Shown: in pieces, positions 1 through 11,034 of the stretch
Layout: the number at the start of each line of letters is the position of its first letter
How positions within the stretch are numbered: position 1 is the first letter of the stretch
From: Strigamia acuminata
Taxonomy: Eukaryota
Length of the DNA stretch: 64,000 nucleotides
Direction: 5' to 3'
Assembly (NCBI GenBank): GCA_949358305.1
Contig: OX442314.1
Coordinates: 4,774,001 to 4,838,000, forward strand
The notes under the pieces: model-generated
Seen by the model: the letters and a program-made list of their open reading frames with translations, nothing else
What the model was told of the DNA's origin: nothing
Databases searched by the model: none
Made by a program: the position numbers and the translations under genes

Positions 1-66
1 TTTTCATTTTTTCTCCTAACCAAACTAGAAAAGTTTAATCAAATGAGGAAAAAATTATATTTCCAG

Positions 67-3000
67 CCTGAAATGCGCATTAACCTTACAATTGCAAATT
101 ATGAGACTGTGAGTTCGGCCACTGCACAAGTTTCCAGTCGTAAGTCAACAATAATTCCCGTTTTCTTTATTTTTAAAAGTTCCTTTTTCCCTTAGCAATT
201 TCGTTTCCATATGGGAATCCTGCTTATAAGATGGTGATTAAACTTAATTTTCCCAAGCAATGTAAAATTGTTCGAGTGAGTATTTAATTTCATCGACAAT
301 TCTCACAATTTATTTTGCATTTCTCACAGCCACAAAGTTGCACAACACATTTTTTAAACACTAAGCGTCCCTTTGTAGCTGTCAAAATTGTGAAATCCTC
401 AGTAATAAAATTTGATAATCATTCTTGAAACCATTCCATTCAATTTCAAGGTGTTAATAGATCCATCATCAGTCGTTTATAATTTAAACAGTATATTCAT
501 GCAAGAGATACAAATAAAACATGGCAAACATACAGTTGGAAATAGAGTGCAAGAAGTAAGGATTAAATTAATAATTATTCACACAGAAAAGAGAATTATT
601 TTCTAGCCATTAATAAAAAGTATTTCTTGGATCTATCAGCTTTATTTAAGCACAATTGCTAATTATTTACTAATATGTAATAAGGGCCATCCGTAATTTA
701 CATAATGTTGGGTTTTGGTTGACTACAGTTAACATAAACATGTAAACATCAAATTTGTGTTACAAGGTTTAACAAATTCCCTCTCTTCCTCCCTAGAAAA
801 TAAAATAATAAAAAAGAACGGCTTAAGATGCTATGTTATTTAAGGAAGGCCCCATAATAATACAGGAATTTGAAACATTTATTTTAGTATCACTACATCA
901 GCACTAAGAAAAATCCATGCGATAATAATTTACACGATTGTTTGCGCCCATGTCTCGTCAAACGAATGAAATGCAGGTAAGTTTTTTTGATTCGACTCAA
1001 TAACAGAATTCAATAAAAGAATATTTATTTCTGGGTATAAATCACACATCAAAACATTTAAAAAATATTTTTTATCTAACTGTTATTATTATTAATAAAA
1101 ATTAGAAGTTAACTTAAATAAAGGTTGTCACATTAGATATCCATTTTATGAAGCGAGAAATCTACCGAAATGCAATGACAAAGACACTTTGATTCAGGTC
1201 GGACAAATAGAAAACCTTATCATCTTAGATGGTATAGAATCACAGTGTAGATGTGGTAATTTATGTGATGAGACAAGTTTCAGCCAAACATTCGAAAGAA
1301 CACCTGATGATGGAGATAAAATAGACATTTATGTTGTCAATACTTTCGTTCGAACATTAGTCGAACACTTTTCTTATGACATCATCAATTTGCTATGCGA
1401 CATTGGAGGAAACATCGGCCTCTATTTCGGAATGTCTTGCTTGACACTGGTCGAAATATTCATTCACATATGCAAAATATGCGTCAGCAAACCAACAACA
1501 GCAAATTCCAAGTTGACAGATAAAATTGAAATGACACTTGAAAAGATGCAGAATCGCCGAAAACCAACTTTCGATAAAAAGTTGATCAAAATCACAACAT
1601 CACTATTCTTTGGTTTGATATCAGTCTACTACATTTACCATTTGATTGATTCTTATTTTCAATTTCCACTCTTGAAAACTGTTAAACTCATTAGAGATGA
1701 AAAAATTCATTTTCCACTCATTATTGCATGTGCAGATAGTGCAAACATATCACATGCTAAAAAGGAATTAGCCCAAAGACTCAACTCAACTGATTGTGAC
1801 GATTTACAACTGTTGGATTTACTCCATCCACTATCTGAATTCGCAAAGCAACCACTGCAATTGTGGAATGCCTCGTCTCTTCTTGATTTATACGACGAAG
1901 AACGGATAAAGCATCTCAAGGTAAAAAAAATCAGAATATTAAATCATCAATTCAAACGTGTATAAAATTAAGAAACTTGTAGAACGGGATAGCAGCAGAT
2001 ACAATTGAATTATATATTCCCAATTTATCATTAAAACCAACAGTGTATGGAATGTGTACTGCGTTTAATAGAAGTAAAAAAACAAGTCACTTTTAAATTT
2101 TAATTCTCACTAAAATATTTTTACCCAGCTGACCGGCCGTTTTCTAGAAAGCAAAACTTTGTAATGATTACCGATCTGCCCAGTGTTCACTGTAGTTTTA
2201 AACGAGAAGTGAGATAGAAGTTTATCCTTCGTACTGTCAATTGCAGCAGTTACTAATTTCACTTTCTGTATTCCAGCACTTCATTTTGCCAACAAATCAA
2301 TTTTTTCATCCGAAATATCGTTTAGATGTATCCAACAACTTAGGTGTTTATGTCAACTTCGCCCCTCAAACGGTGAATTCAAAAAATGATTAATCCACTA
2401 TACTCTGGCTCACCATAAGGTTGCCCTTCCTCCCATTGGGCGAGTCTCACTACTTCCAACTGCAGACTGTACTACCACCAGGAAAAGTAGTTTTTATTTT
2501 TGTGATTAATTGATTATTATAAAATAAAGATTAAAATGATAGAAATTTTATTTTATTTTATAGTAAAATGTTTTTTCCATTTATAAAACATGTTTGTTCA
2601 GTTTATTGGTTGCTTTATCTGAAAAGCACAATGTCTGTACATCGATTGCAATTCTGATGTTTTGTATCACTCGGGAGAAAGACCACCCTAATAGTAAGCC
2701 AAAGTATAGCGCATTCGAAAAGCCATTGCAACAGTTTAAATAGCGTAATTAGACTTCAAAAATGGCACCCAATTTAATCTGCATCAGTCACTATTGAGAA
2801 ATTGTAGCCATTTTGGAGAAATTATCAACAGTTTTGAAAAACTCAAATTTTTCTTTGGTTTGGGGCCCCAATTTGTTCAAGGGCTCACACTGTAGCTTAT
2901 GTGGTTGTGGCCAAATTGCCATTTAGTTGATTAATCTTTCCAGCTTGTTCGATTAAATACCCCGAGAAGTCCTTGCAGACCAAATGATGAAGTTTTAAAA

Positions 3001-3779
3001 TGTGAAGAAAACTGCTACGAAAAGATACTCGAGCAACAAACTTTCAATTGCAGGTAACTTGTAATTCATCCACTAATTACTCTGAATCCCATGTTGCAAT
3101 TTACAAATCATACATTGTTTGAGTATATTCCTAACAATCAAAAGGAGCAAATTAATTGGTAACAGCAGATGTATTCAGGTTTCCGTTTCTTGCAACAACT
3201 TTGAAAATGAATGATAATATTATTTATGTTTAAAACTTTCAAACATAGAAACTAAAATCATTGAAAAAAATGATTATAGGCAATTGTCATTGTTACCAAT
3301 AAATTTAATTTGCCAAATTTGATCTACCTTGCTAAGTTGCTATCCTAGCACACTCAAACAGTTCAAGTGTATGCCCAATTTTTAATAACTGGAAAAAATC
3401 ATGCGTCATGGCACACTATATTTCCAGTAAATGTTGTTGTATTACTAGACTTCCATCCATGGATAAGAGTAAATTTCCTTTTTGCCTATCTCAAGAGACG
3501 GCTAAAACAACTTACGAAACATATTTGAAAACTCTGTTGAAGACAAACCCCCAAAAAGACTGTTCCTGCAAAGCATCTTGTCAAGAAACCATCTACAATC
3601 CTTCAATTGTCAACAGCTTTGATGTCGAGGATACCTTTGTTTGGTATATGTTTGAAAATAACATCAGAGAAATAATTGAAGAACAGCAAGAGGTTACTAT
3701 TGTAAAGTTATTGTGTCAGATTGGATCTATTATTGGTATTCTCACTGGTTTCTCCTTATTTTCTCTTCTTCAATTTTGA
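67..3779 (+). CDS. DEG/ENaC (ASIC/pickpocket-like) channel gene encoding at least two subunit repeats in tandem; 5' part lies outside the window
   Basis: Clear exons: about 888-976 (YHYISTKKNPC...CLRPC...KCR), 1137-1920 (Cys-rich thumb, TM2 LLCDIGGNIGLYFGMSCLTLVE, linker, new TM1 and IHFPLIIAC), 1983-2073 (YGMCTAFN), about 2129-2208, 2277-2372, about 2420-2510, 2944-3053 (PC...CEENC...NCR), 3449-3779 (CSCKASC, TM2 LLCQIGSIIGILTGFSLFSLLQF*). Small upstream exons near 67-139, 196-275, 330-400 and 451-555 are less certain. Motifs match ENaC FPxxxxC, GxCxxFN and LxxIGGxxGLxxGxS. Confidence 0.85.
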
Positions 3780-4032
3780 TTGCCTTTAATTTTACGGGTT
3801 TAAAATAATGAAATGTTGCTTAACTTATAACTGGATGCATTCAATTTGTACTGTAAATGCACTAATACAATGTGACGTGTCCTTTACAATGCAGGTGTAA
3901 ATCAAACTAAATTAAACAAAACGGCTACAATAAATGTCTAAATTGATCAAAAACCCTAAAAAATGTGGTGATCTCAAAATATTCATTAACTTAGAAGATA
4001 AATTAATTATGTCTTCTAATTAATTTGACTGT

Positions 4033-4234
4033 GGCACACGCCAAGTCATATCGTGTGACCAAGGGGAGAAATCCTCTCTAGGCACATATCACCTCAGGTT
4101 GTCTGAGGTGAAAACGGTTATTAACCGTTATGGTGCAATATGGTGTAATAATCCCTTGTTGCACCAGTTTCAGCTAATTGCGCAGGTTATCTGCGCAATA
4201 TTGAAGCGTGCCGGGCTCGCGCCCTAGCTTCAAT
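4033..4234 (+). other. Cluster of seven consecutive stem-loops (candidate structured RNA or element leader)
   Basis: Inverted repeats at 4033-4060, 4062-4077 (GAAA loop), 4089-4111, 4113-4129, 4131-4166, 4177-4199 and 4200-4234; mismatches in three stems are G-T pairs on the + strand. Confidence 0.55.
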
Positions 4235-6530
4235 CGGGACTCTAATTCAAACATCACAACCCTCAACATCACTGCTATTTCAACCAGACAAGTATTGACG
4301 GAGGACCGTGATTTGAACTTAGTTTCACCTTGCTATCTTTGTGCACCAAAGCACAAAGCCAGCTATTTGCGTGGATCAACCACTGTTGATTCCCGCAACG
4401 TAAGAAGAAGTTCCCGCGATCGTCGTGAACCATCGCCGAGACGAGTGCGCGAACACCCGCCGAAGCCATCGTACGCTGACCGGACGCCTGTAACCGTGAA
4501 CCACCGCCGCCGAGCCGTCGTACGAGTTACGAAAGGACCCACGAGAACCATCGTCGTCAGGACCATCGTTCGTGAGTCGTTTAACGAAGGAAACCTCCTT
4601 CGTAACAGCATTCGTGTTGTAAAGCGCCATTTCTGACGCTTTTGGCTTGCAACTGTCGGTCTTTTTATTCTCTCTCTCATAAATTAACCCTAGATAATTT
4701 TAAGGCCGCGATATAAGTCTTTTTAAGTATTCAACTGCGGTTTCTACTTATTTTACTAGAATTTAAGTAGATAAAAACCCGGATCGCAGCAAAAATTATG
4801 GGGGAAATTTAAGTGATCACAACAAAACGCCTGCATTTAATTTACAGTCAAGTTTACTCCCTTTATTGCACTCTTGCAGATCCTCTTTTATTATCATCCT
4901 TCTTACTGTGTGGGATCTCCTGAAAATTACATAAACCAATCAGGGTGCTCACGTTGTTTCTCCCTACGCTTTTTTCGCATCCAAAAACTTTTTGGTTATT
5001 TCGATTATTTTTTTTTCTCAACAAAACCGACCACCCCCCCCCCCCCCCAAATTTTGATATCAACAAATTCAGTAATTTTCAATTTCAATTTTCAAATTTA
5101 CAATTTACAATACAAAATAATAATGAATTGAAGCAATGTTACGACAAACACCGGGCACCAGGTCGCCATGGCACTTAAAAATTCTTGTCTGGCATATAGA
5201 TTTTAAAAAATTCAAAATCAAATGGATGCTTTAGGCACCTGAAAACAAATAAATATAAAAAACTACATTTTTGGAAAAAGGCTTTTATTTTAGAACTTCA
5301 AAATATTGTCAACCCCTGGAGCTAAACATTGGAAGATCACCATCCTCTGACAATTAGGATCACAAGGGAAGGGGCAACAAGCAGCTGACCATGGTGCTTA
5401 AATGTGTTAGAAGGGTCCTGGTAATACCTCGCTTTAAGCGGCATGCCAGTACAGCACAAGTCCAACCAGACTGGAGGTAAATCGTGTTATATCGGCAGGT
5501 TGTTATAAATGAGTACAAAATTTGTTTCAACGTAAAATGAACCAAAAAGCATTTTTAGATGTTCAAAATATAAGAAATTGGTCTAAATTTCTATGAATTT
5601 ACAGAAATTTTAAAAATAACATTAAGATTATCTAGAAAACTCAAATTTCTGGCCCAAATTCCAACATAATTATTCATCCAGACGTTTTTTAATTATTTTT
5701 TTTTCTAAAAAAAAGCTTTTTCACTTATACTTAAGTCAAGGATTTGTAAAAAAAAAAATGTTTTAATAATGTACCACATTTTCCTAATTCTTAACACAAC
5801 AATAAAATAAAATTTACAAACGTGATTGTTCATTTTCAAAACCCCGATAACAAACAAAAGAAAACCCGCAAAAAAATGCCATGTTGGGAAAAATTGAGAT
5901 ATTATTTAGGGTACCCAAATTAAAACAAGCGTATTTACTTACGCCATGGCGAAAATTCAAAAAATGCACTTTTCGCCAACACTTCTGCGGTTGGTACGTC
6001 GTGGAAAAGATCTCCGACGAGTCGTATCGTGTTCTAAGTCGGTGCTTCATTCATCAATACATTCGTCGAAAAAACAAACGGCAAAAATAAACAACGCATT
6101 ATTTTCCAGGTAAACATGGTCTAGTCTGCTGGTTAAATTCGTCCTAGAGTCTACATCGATGCTGTGATTGGTCGACGGGTGCTCCATTGCATTTTGGGAG
6201 CTCCATACACAAAAATTTACAAAAAATTCAACTTTAGGCCAAAAAAATTCATTTTAGCCAAAATAATTAATCTTTTATCGAATAAAACAAAAAATGTTTA
6301 AAAAAAGCTGGTATAAATCGAGTTACCAACACTATAGAAGAGGTATGAATTTCTCATGTTTCTAGGAATTTAGCGATAAAAGATGACATCATTCCGTTTT
6401 TCCCGCGCTGATTCCCGATTGGTCGGTATACAGCCCAGCACGGTGAAAATTGCGCGCAAACTTTAACCAACAACTACCAGACAAGGCGGGTGTCCAGATC
6501 CGCTCATTTCACCCAAAGAAAACCAAACTA

Positions 6531-9500
6531 ATGGACACTTTAACTTATTTCGAGAACAGGAAGATCGGTTGCCTCGATTCCGGCCTATGGAGGCGCAAAT
6601 CGGCGAACAACGGTAAAAACAACACCACAAAACGCAAAATTCCCACGAAAACTCAACCCGATCTCCATTACAGGTTACGGCAAACTCAACGTCAACTTTT
6701 TACTCTCAAAATTGCGATGCAATTGGGAGGACGATCATCTAACGATAGGAATTCGCAGCGCACTCACCACCGACGACCAACTGGAGGACTACGAGTACCC
6801 GGTGCCCGCATTCGCCGCCAAATTTTGTCAAAGTACACACAAATTTCATTCAATTTCAAGTTTTCAACCGAAAATAATTCAATAATTATTTTATTTCACC
6901 TTCTAGTTGCCGGCAACGAACATTTTCTAGCAGTTTGTACCGAAGAAGGCACCGTGAACATCCTAAACACGAATTTCCACGGCGACTCCACTTACATTTC
7001 GAGTATAAATCGAAAAGAAATTCAAAAATTGATGATTTTAATCGATTTTTTCGGTTTATTCTTTAATCTAGGTGTGCAGGCGCATCAGAATGCAATTTTC
7101 GACGTTTGTTGGGTGCCGGGAGAGTCGAATATCTTGACCGTGAGCGGGGATTTGACCGCGGCCATTTGGGACGTCGAGCAGGAAAAGAGGATAGCGACGT
7201 TTTCTGGTCATAATGGGAGCATCAAATGGGCAGATTTTAGACCGATGGATAAAAGTGGGTGTTGGATTTAATTTTTGATTAGTTAAATGTGGAAATTTAA
7301 TTTTTTTTAAATGTTTTTTAAGGTGTTTTTGCGACGGCGGCGAGAGATGGGTCCGTTATTGTTTGGGACGTGCGGAGACAGGCGGCTGATAATGTGATTA
7401 AGAATTGTCACGCGATTTCTAAGGTTTGTTCGAGGAGGAATAAGTCGCCCGAGATGCCGGCGAGGGACGGGAAGCAGAGCGTCACGGCGGTTTTGTTTCA
7501 AGACGAGCATACGCTGGTGTCGGCGGGATCGTCCGACGGGTGCGTAGAGTTTGAATTTTGTCAAATTTATTTGAATTTTCTACAAATTCACTAAGAAAAA
7601 ATTAAATTTGTTTGGATTCCGTCGAAATTCACAAAAAAAAAATTAAATTTGTTTAATTTCCGTCAAAATTCACTAAAAAAAAATAAATTTGTTTGAATTC
7701 CGTCGAAATTCACTAAAAATAAATTAAATTTGTTTGAATTCCATAGAAATTTACTAAAGAAAATTAAATTTGTTTGAATTCTGTCGAAATTCACCAAATA
7801 AATTAAATTTGCTTGAATTCCGTCGAAATTCACTAAAAAAAAAAATTAAATTTGTTTGAATTCCGTCGAAATTCACTAAAAAAAAATTAAATTTGTTTGA
7901 ATTCCGTCGAAATTCACTAAAAAAAATTAAATTTGTTTGAATTCCGTCGAAATACACGAAGCAATTTGTCGAATTTCTTTGAATTTCGTCCAAAATCCCA
8001 ATTTTTATAATTTTATAATTAATTTTCCTTTTTTTTCTACAGTAAAATCAAAGTATGGGACATAAGAAAACACTACAGTAATCACACGCAGTTGCCTCTC
8101 GCCAAGCACACGATTTCCAAAAAGAATTCGAAAACAGGTAAATTTAAATATTTCAACACTGCGAATAATACAAAATTTAATTCAATTTAATTTTTACTGT
8201 TTAGTTGGATATTCGAGCTTGGTATTCGATTCGAGACGTCGCCATTTGTTTGCCAGCGGCTGCGACAACGTGATATACGAGTACAACTGTTGGACGTATT
8301 CGTCGGTGCCCGTGAGCACGTTCACGGGTCATCAGAACCGGACATTTTTTGTGAAAAGTGCCATTAGCCCCGACGATCAGTATTTATTGAGCGGCTCCAG
8401 CGATAATTTTGCGTACATTTGGGCGGTAAATTGTTTTTAAAAAGCTTTTTATATTTATTTAATTATTAAATAAATTTTTCTTTGAAAATTAGATCTCGCA
8501 GCCAGGAGAACCGATATTTAAGTTGGAGGGCCACGAAGCCGAAGTGACGGCTGTAGCGTGGTCCATGGACCCAGTTCCGAGGGTAAAATATTGAATATTT
8601 TAGTGGTGCCATTATTTATTCAAATATTGGATATTCTTGCGTAAATTTTATCGAAATTAACCGAAAAGTTGTCAAATTTGTTTAAATTTTGTCGAAATTG
8701 ACTAAAATTTGTTTAAATTTACGCGAAATTGACTAAAATTTGTTTGAATTTAGTCGAAATTGACTAAAATTTGTTTAAATTTAGGCGAAATTGACTAAAA
8801 TATGAGTAAATTTTTCGATATTCACCGGAAAATTGTCGATTTTGTCGAAACTTACCAAAAATTTGACTAATTTTGTCGAAATTTGAGCAAATTTTGTTGA
8901 ATTTACTAAAAATTTGACAAATATGAGTAAATTTTGTCGTAATTCAGCGGATAATTGTCGATTTTGTCGAAACTTACCAAAAATTTAACTAATTTTGTCG
9001 AAATTTATCACAAATTTACGCAAATACATGGAAATTTATCGTTTTCATTTTCCAGATTGCAACATGCGCCGACGACATGCGCATGAAACTCTGGAATTCG
9101 TGGCCCGACGGCGTCACCATATCAACCGAGCGCCCATCGATGGGCCGCGTCATGAAAACCCCAAAATCCGAATCAGTGACTCACATGCAGACCCCTTGCA
9201 GACCCCTCAAACCTCGCCGCCTCAACCTCGACTCCCCAGCCAACACAACAGCCAACACAACGCCCAACAAACGAGCCAAACGACGAATCCACCAGGAAAA
9301 CGAACACGCGAGCCCGAGGAAAAAGAAGTGTTCGCCGTCCAAAGCGATTCTGTCGCCGCGCAAAATGGCCGCGTCCAACGAAGAAAACGTGCTCAGCAAA
9401 TTAACTTTCGACGGCCGCAAATTGACATTCGACGACTGCCTAAGTCCGGCCAAGTGCGGAATGCGATGGGGCTCGCCCACGTACAACTTGCCCAATTCGA

Positions 9501-9820
9501 TCGAGAGCCCCATCCCCATCTCGCCCATCGTCAGGCCTAAAACGCCCAAATGCAATTGGTTGACGCAAATGGCGCAGGAAAAAGTGCAACTAACACCCAA
9601 ACCAAACACGAGCGCAAAGAAAAAGACGAATATCAGGAGGAAATTGAACCGTTCGTCGCCCAGAAATGGCAAAGTAAAATAAATTAATTTATTAATTGTT
9701 TATTATTTTTTTAAATTGATTTATTTTATTTTTTCTTAGTCACAAAGTTCTGCTGGTAATTCGCAATCCATTCTCCATTATTTCACTTGTCCGCCGTTGA
9801 CGTCGAATTCGACGAATTGA
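6531..9820 (+). CDS. DTL: Denticleless/Cdt2 WD40 substrate receptor of the CRL4 ubiquitin ligase
   Basis: 10 GT-AG exons: 6531-6612, 6674-6832, 6907-7002, 7072-7254, 7323-7539, 8043-8137, 8205-8425, 8493-8582, 9056-9673, 9740-9820. Motifs PVPAFAAKF, EHFLAVCTEEGTV, AHQNAIFDVCW, KIKVWDIRK, FFVKSAISPDDQYLLSGSSD; S/TP-rich tail with NWL motif; C-terminal PIP-like SQSILHYF. Confidence 0.93.
7560..7990. repeat. Intronic tandem array, about 40-bp unit (aaattaaatttgtttgaattccgtcgaaattcactaaaaa)
   Basis: About 9 visible copies in DTL intron 5. Confidence 0.9.
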
Positions 9821-10140
9821 TTCGATTTTTCGAACTTTTACTTTGTTGTTTTTTTTACATTCATCTTTTTCTGAATAATATTTAAATAATAATAATAAAC
9901 AAAATGATAAATTGTAAGAATGTACTTTTGTATTTGTATTTTTAAATAAAAGTAAATTGTTGGTTTATGAGCTCAGCACGCTTCTACTGCACAACTCTGC
10001 ACTCAAGTATTAACAGGTGTGTTCAATTTTGGACACCCGGAATGACTTAGCAGTTCAAAATGTTCATTTTCATCATGAGGGCAAACATTTTATGTCACTT
10101 TTCGGGTGCATAAGGAAGAAAAGGGATGATAAACAGATTT

Positions 10141-10588
10141 AGAAAGGTTTAAAATTCTATTTTTTGTTTGTTTATTGTCCCGTCAAAGACAGGACTGCAA
10201 AAATTAGTCTATAGACTCATTGAATGCTCCTCGCCACGGAAATCTTTAGTAAAAGGCGAAAGATTTTCTCATGAATTGACGAGAAGCCAGAGATTGACAA
10301 GTTACGTAATATTAACCAAAACAACCAATTTTCGGAAATGCGTACAATTACGTTGGTGCGTCAAGTTACCCGGTCAATAGTTAATTTAATTTCTGCAAAA
10401 TTACGCGATACAAATCGAATATTTCAGTTAAAAACAAGGAAATAGATTAATTCATTCGCAAATAATTTTAAACTATCAATTTTAAAACAGGAAAATTAAC
10501 GAAATAAACTTTAAATGTATTTCCTCCGCCATAATCCTATATCCGAGATTAGTTGTGATTGGCTGATGGAAAGAACGAGATAGGAGTC
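10141..10588. repeat. Dispersed repeat, copy 1 (inverted relative to 15422-15870)
   Basis: Reverse complement of 15422-15870 with scattered substitutions, e.g. attgtcccgtcaaagacaggactgcaaaaatt vs aatttttgcagtcctgtctttgacgggacaat. Confidence 0.92.
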
Positions 10589-11034
10589 GTCGTGTACTGT
10601 AGTCTAAAAGGTGCCAACAACATGACAAGAGAAATAACAAAATTTTTAAAATTTCAATCTAACTTTTTTTTTCTGCTACGCTTAATAAACACAGTGAAGC
10701 ATTCCAAAAACAGAAAAATGCTAAAAATTACTTTCATAAAATATTTTTCTCTTTCTAATGTTTTTAAATCTTTAAACACTACAGCTTTGACACCTCTAAA
10801 CCTCCGTACAGACACGAAAAAAGTTTGAAAAACTAACTACAGAGGGCCAATGACGTCATTAGGAGAGGATCTAGTTCGAGGATCTTGATCCTGTTCTCGT
10901 TTCCCTTTATGGCGGTGTGCACTCCCCGTGTTCCAAGCAAATAACGATCGACGAATCCTCCATCATCCGCGCAGTTGTCGATTCTAAATACCCAAAAACT
11001 ATTTGAGAATCTAGTTGAATAATCGAGCTACAAG

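Noticed and set aside
4089..4115. Hammerhead ribozyme (ctgaggtgaaa)
   Set aside because: The CTGANGA core is not matched on either strand.
6450..7271. 273-aa ORF taken as a single coding exon
   Set aside because: It reads through short stop-free introns; the DTL-like sequence of exon 2 is in a different frame.
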